64,000 nucleotides of DNA from the NCBI RefSeq assembly GCF_002571385.2, contig NW_019217855.1:843830-907829 (forward strand), written 5' to 3'. The position numbers were made by a program, and so were the translations under genes. Under the pieces are notes generated by a model. It was given only the letters and a program-made list of their open reading frames with translations. It searched no databases and had not been told where the DNA came from. The first letter of the stretch is position 1, and every line of letters begins with the position of its first letter. Shown here piece by piece: positions 61,201 through 64,000 of the stretch. The DNA is from Stylophora pistillata (lineage: Eukaryota).

Positions 61201-63961
61201 ACACTCCTTTTTTTTCATTAGAAGTTAACAATTCCTACGTTTTGACGTACAGGACACAAACGCAATCCCGGCTGAATACGTTCTTCAGCCGATCACGTAT
61301 CACTTTCCTCACTACACTGACTTGAGCGAGGCCAATGAGGAGCTACACAGGCAGGAGAGGGAACAATGGTGGAAGATTTTTCAGTCGTTTCAAAGACTTT
61401 TTAAAAGGACCGCAAGGACCGCCACAGAAAGGAGGAAGATTACATTACAGCAAGCTCACAAGTATTTCAGCTCAGGTGCGGACGCTACTTAGACACTTCA
61501 CTTTTTATAATTATCATGGCCACCGCTGATATCAGACGAAGAATATGTCACGAGCGATTTTTATACTGCTGCTTGTACGTGACATTATAAGATGAACGCC
61601 ATCTTGAGTTTTTCATAAATTTAAATTGTAGTTACCCAAACAGTGGTGGTAAAATTTCATTAAAAGTGCCTCGCACCAAAATACGATTCAAAGCCAACAA
61701 AACCGATTACAGTTCCAATTCTGATTAATGGTTTCGGAAGACACTAAGTCCCGTTAGACTCTGGACACTAATGCAATGATCTTTTCCGTAATTTTTTAGT
61801 GACCGAGAAAGAAATTGAACATGGTATTCTTAGTTCTTCAAGCCCTGACGACCAAACTCTTTGCTATATACGCCACATCTCTGATATCGAAGTAAATCTC
61901 ACTGATCAGAATTCTCGAAAGTATACCGACGTTTCCGAAGGGAAACACGACCACGAAGCACAAGACTTCTTGAACAAATTGAAACGTGACCGTTTACTTC
62001 AGAGGCTTGGGGATAACAACATCACCCGCTTTGAAATCCCATGGAGCAATGGGGGAATAAACGTGTCTGACAGAATGCACGAACAATACTTAAACAATTT
62101 CTGTGACAAGGTTGAATCAGATGTTCAGAGACTGATCAATAAGAGCTTACAAAATGCTGTAAGAGAAAAAGCGATGGAGTCCGGCTTGTACAAAGAGGTT
62201 CTGCACCATGCCTGGTTTTGCCAAGACAAGTGCGAAGCATTTAGAGGGCGGGAGGATGTTCTTCAGAAGATACGAACGTCATTGAAAGACTTTGAAAAGA
62301 TTGAGCCTTTGGTCATTTATGGATCGTCAGGCTCTGGTAAGACGTCTATTATGGCCGTTGTCGCTAGGTCGGCAAGACAATGGCTGGGGGATGGCACTGT
62401 CTGTGTTTTCCGTTTCCTTGGTACCTCCCCAGACAGTTCATCGATTCGATTTACAATTACAAGTATATGCCTTCAGATATGTGAAGTGTACAGTTTAGAA
62501 GCCCCAAAAGGTGATATTTTAGAGGACTTTTCTCAATTGGTACGATTTTTTCACGGTCTTGTCACTCGTTTGCCCGTCAGTGGTGATAAGCCATTGGCAC
62601 TTATCTTAGATTCGATAGACCAGTTGTCTGCGACAAACAATGCTCATTTAATGAACTGGCTCCCCAAAAAGTGCCCCCAGTTTGTCAAGATTGTTATTTC
62701 GGTACTACCAGATTATCACCAAATTCTCTCAAATCTGAGCCGGAGTCTTCCCATAGAAAGATCTTACATCGAAGTCCCATTCCTCACCATTGAAATGGGC
62801 CAAGAAATTTTAGAGGCCTGGCTCCAAGGAATCGGGAGAACCTTGACACACGAACAGTTCCAGTTGGTCTTGTCAAGTTTCACCAAATGCCCTCAGCCTT
62901 TGTTTCTTAAGCTGATATTTACTGAAGCATCAAGATGGGATTCTTACACAGATGTCACTGGGCTGGATCTTGGAAGTGATGTTCGCCAAGCCATTCAACT
63001 TCTTTTCCAACGCCTGGAACGCAAACACGGCAAGACTCTCACTTCGCGTGCCCTCAGTTACATCACAGCTGGTCGAAATGGTATCACTGCAAACGAGCTA
63101 GAAGACGTATTGTCACTGGATGATGACGTCATAGATGACGTTTATCAGTATTGGGATCCTCCTGTTGAGGGTGTCGTTCGCTTGCCAAACCTATTGTGGG
63201 CGCGTATACGTCATGACATCGACGAATTCCTGACCGAGCGACAGGCAGATGGAAAAACTGTTATTGCTTGGTACCATCGACAGTTCTGGGAGGCTGCGCA
63301 GAGCCAGTACCTGTCAAGACCCGAGGAGAAGCAGGCCAGACATTTTTTACTCGCAGAGTATTTTGAAGGTATGATTTCGGTGCCTCTACTAAATGCAGGG
63401 TCAGGTAGTTAGGTTAATCACGTTATAAGAAACAAACTACGATTCTTATCAAATGTAATTGTATTGGCCAGTGCTTGGAATAAGACTGAGCGAAAAAAGG
63501 TGACAAACAATTGACATGAAGTTCACTTGGTTTACTGGATGAGCATGGACTACCGTCAAGGCTGTAGACATTATCTCTGTTTTCTTACAAGCAATTAGTT
63601 ATCTCCATCTAAGTAGACGTTTACACAGCATGAAGGCTTAAGCCATCTCCCTTTTTTTTTCAGGAAGGTGGGGTGGAGGACGTAAGAAGCACATCATTCT
63701 GACTCACAGAAAGAAAACACTGCCTGATGCAGACAGACAAGTCTCCAGTCAGCCTCTTATGTTTAGTAAAAGTGTTTTTAACTTGAGAAAGCTTAGCGAA
63801 ATGCCATTTCATCTCATTTACTCTGGTCTCGGTGACAGATTGGCTAGTGAAGTGTTATTCAATTTTGAGTGGATCTACGGAAAAGTGCGTGGCCAGTCTT
63901 TGAGCGAGGTCTTAGAGGATTACGTCGTTGCTCTGGAAGTGAGGCCTGAACTGGATGTAAG
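58240..63961 (+). CDS. NACHT and WD-repeat domain protein (NWD1/NWD2-like; DUF4062 + NACHT), 5' part; continues beyond the window
   Basis: Exons 58240-58339, 59363-59565, 59687-59827, 61253-61475, 61800-63368 and 63664-~63956/63961 (last donor uncertain). DUF4062-type motifs: VRIFTSSTFTD..EERN, VVDMRWG, LCMQEI, LLGDKYGYRPFP. Walker A is GSSGSGKT and Walker B is LILDSIDQL. ELEDVLSLDDDV and FNLRKLSEMPFHL are also present. Confidence 0.92.
59895..60669. mobile_element. Tc1/mariner deletion derivative in NWD intron 3
   Basis: ~85-bp TIRs starting CAGTGAAACC with a TA duplication on both sides (59893-94, 60670-71). An internal minus-strand remnant, SPQTVSNIVTKFLLRG...PGKPG, resembles a transposase N-terminal HTH region. 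Confidence 0.82.
60915..61125. repeat. ~110-bp direct repeat, 2 copies
   Basis: GGGAGAGGGTACA..CCCCCTCATGG.TCCTCCTTGAGGATAA...GCAAACATCAACATG.ATTAGTAGTGGGGGG occurs twice. Confidence 0.8.
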
Positions 63962-64000
63962 GTGGGGATAGTTGCTTAAATCTTATTGTTCCCTCAAGTA

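Overview
AT-rich, intron-containing animal genomic DNA from a gapped short-read-style assembly. N gaps are at 18043-18054, 25527-25542, 27485-27603, 33135-33462 and 42416-42909. The repeat families look like those of a cnidarian, probably a stony coral (inference). Four conserved genes could be spliced by hand: the last two exons of an EBP/EXPERA-family gene (+), a complete 12-exon PTDSS2 (+, 458 aa), a complete 7-exon CEPT1/CHPT1 (-, 377 aa) convergent with PTDSS2, and the 5' part of a DUF4062-NACHT(-WD40) NWD-like gene (+). The main hunt result is two small secreted cysteine-rich precursor genes that the ORF track splits into pieces. One is a 95-aa signal/pro/EEKR/6-Cys defensin- or SCRiP-like peptide (24418-25272). 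The other is a 164-aa very basic prohormone-like protein (10048-15471). The 18.9-30.1 kb region is rearranged. It holds copied fragments of PTDSS2 exon 1 and CEPT1 exon 4 (the latter with a nonsense codon), a 247-bp tRNA-Thr-like tandem array and a perfect 2.5-kb palindrome that is probably an assembly fold-back. LINE fragments, SINEs and DNA-transposon derivatives fill the rest.
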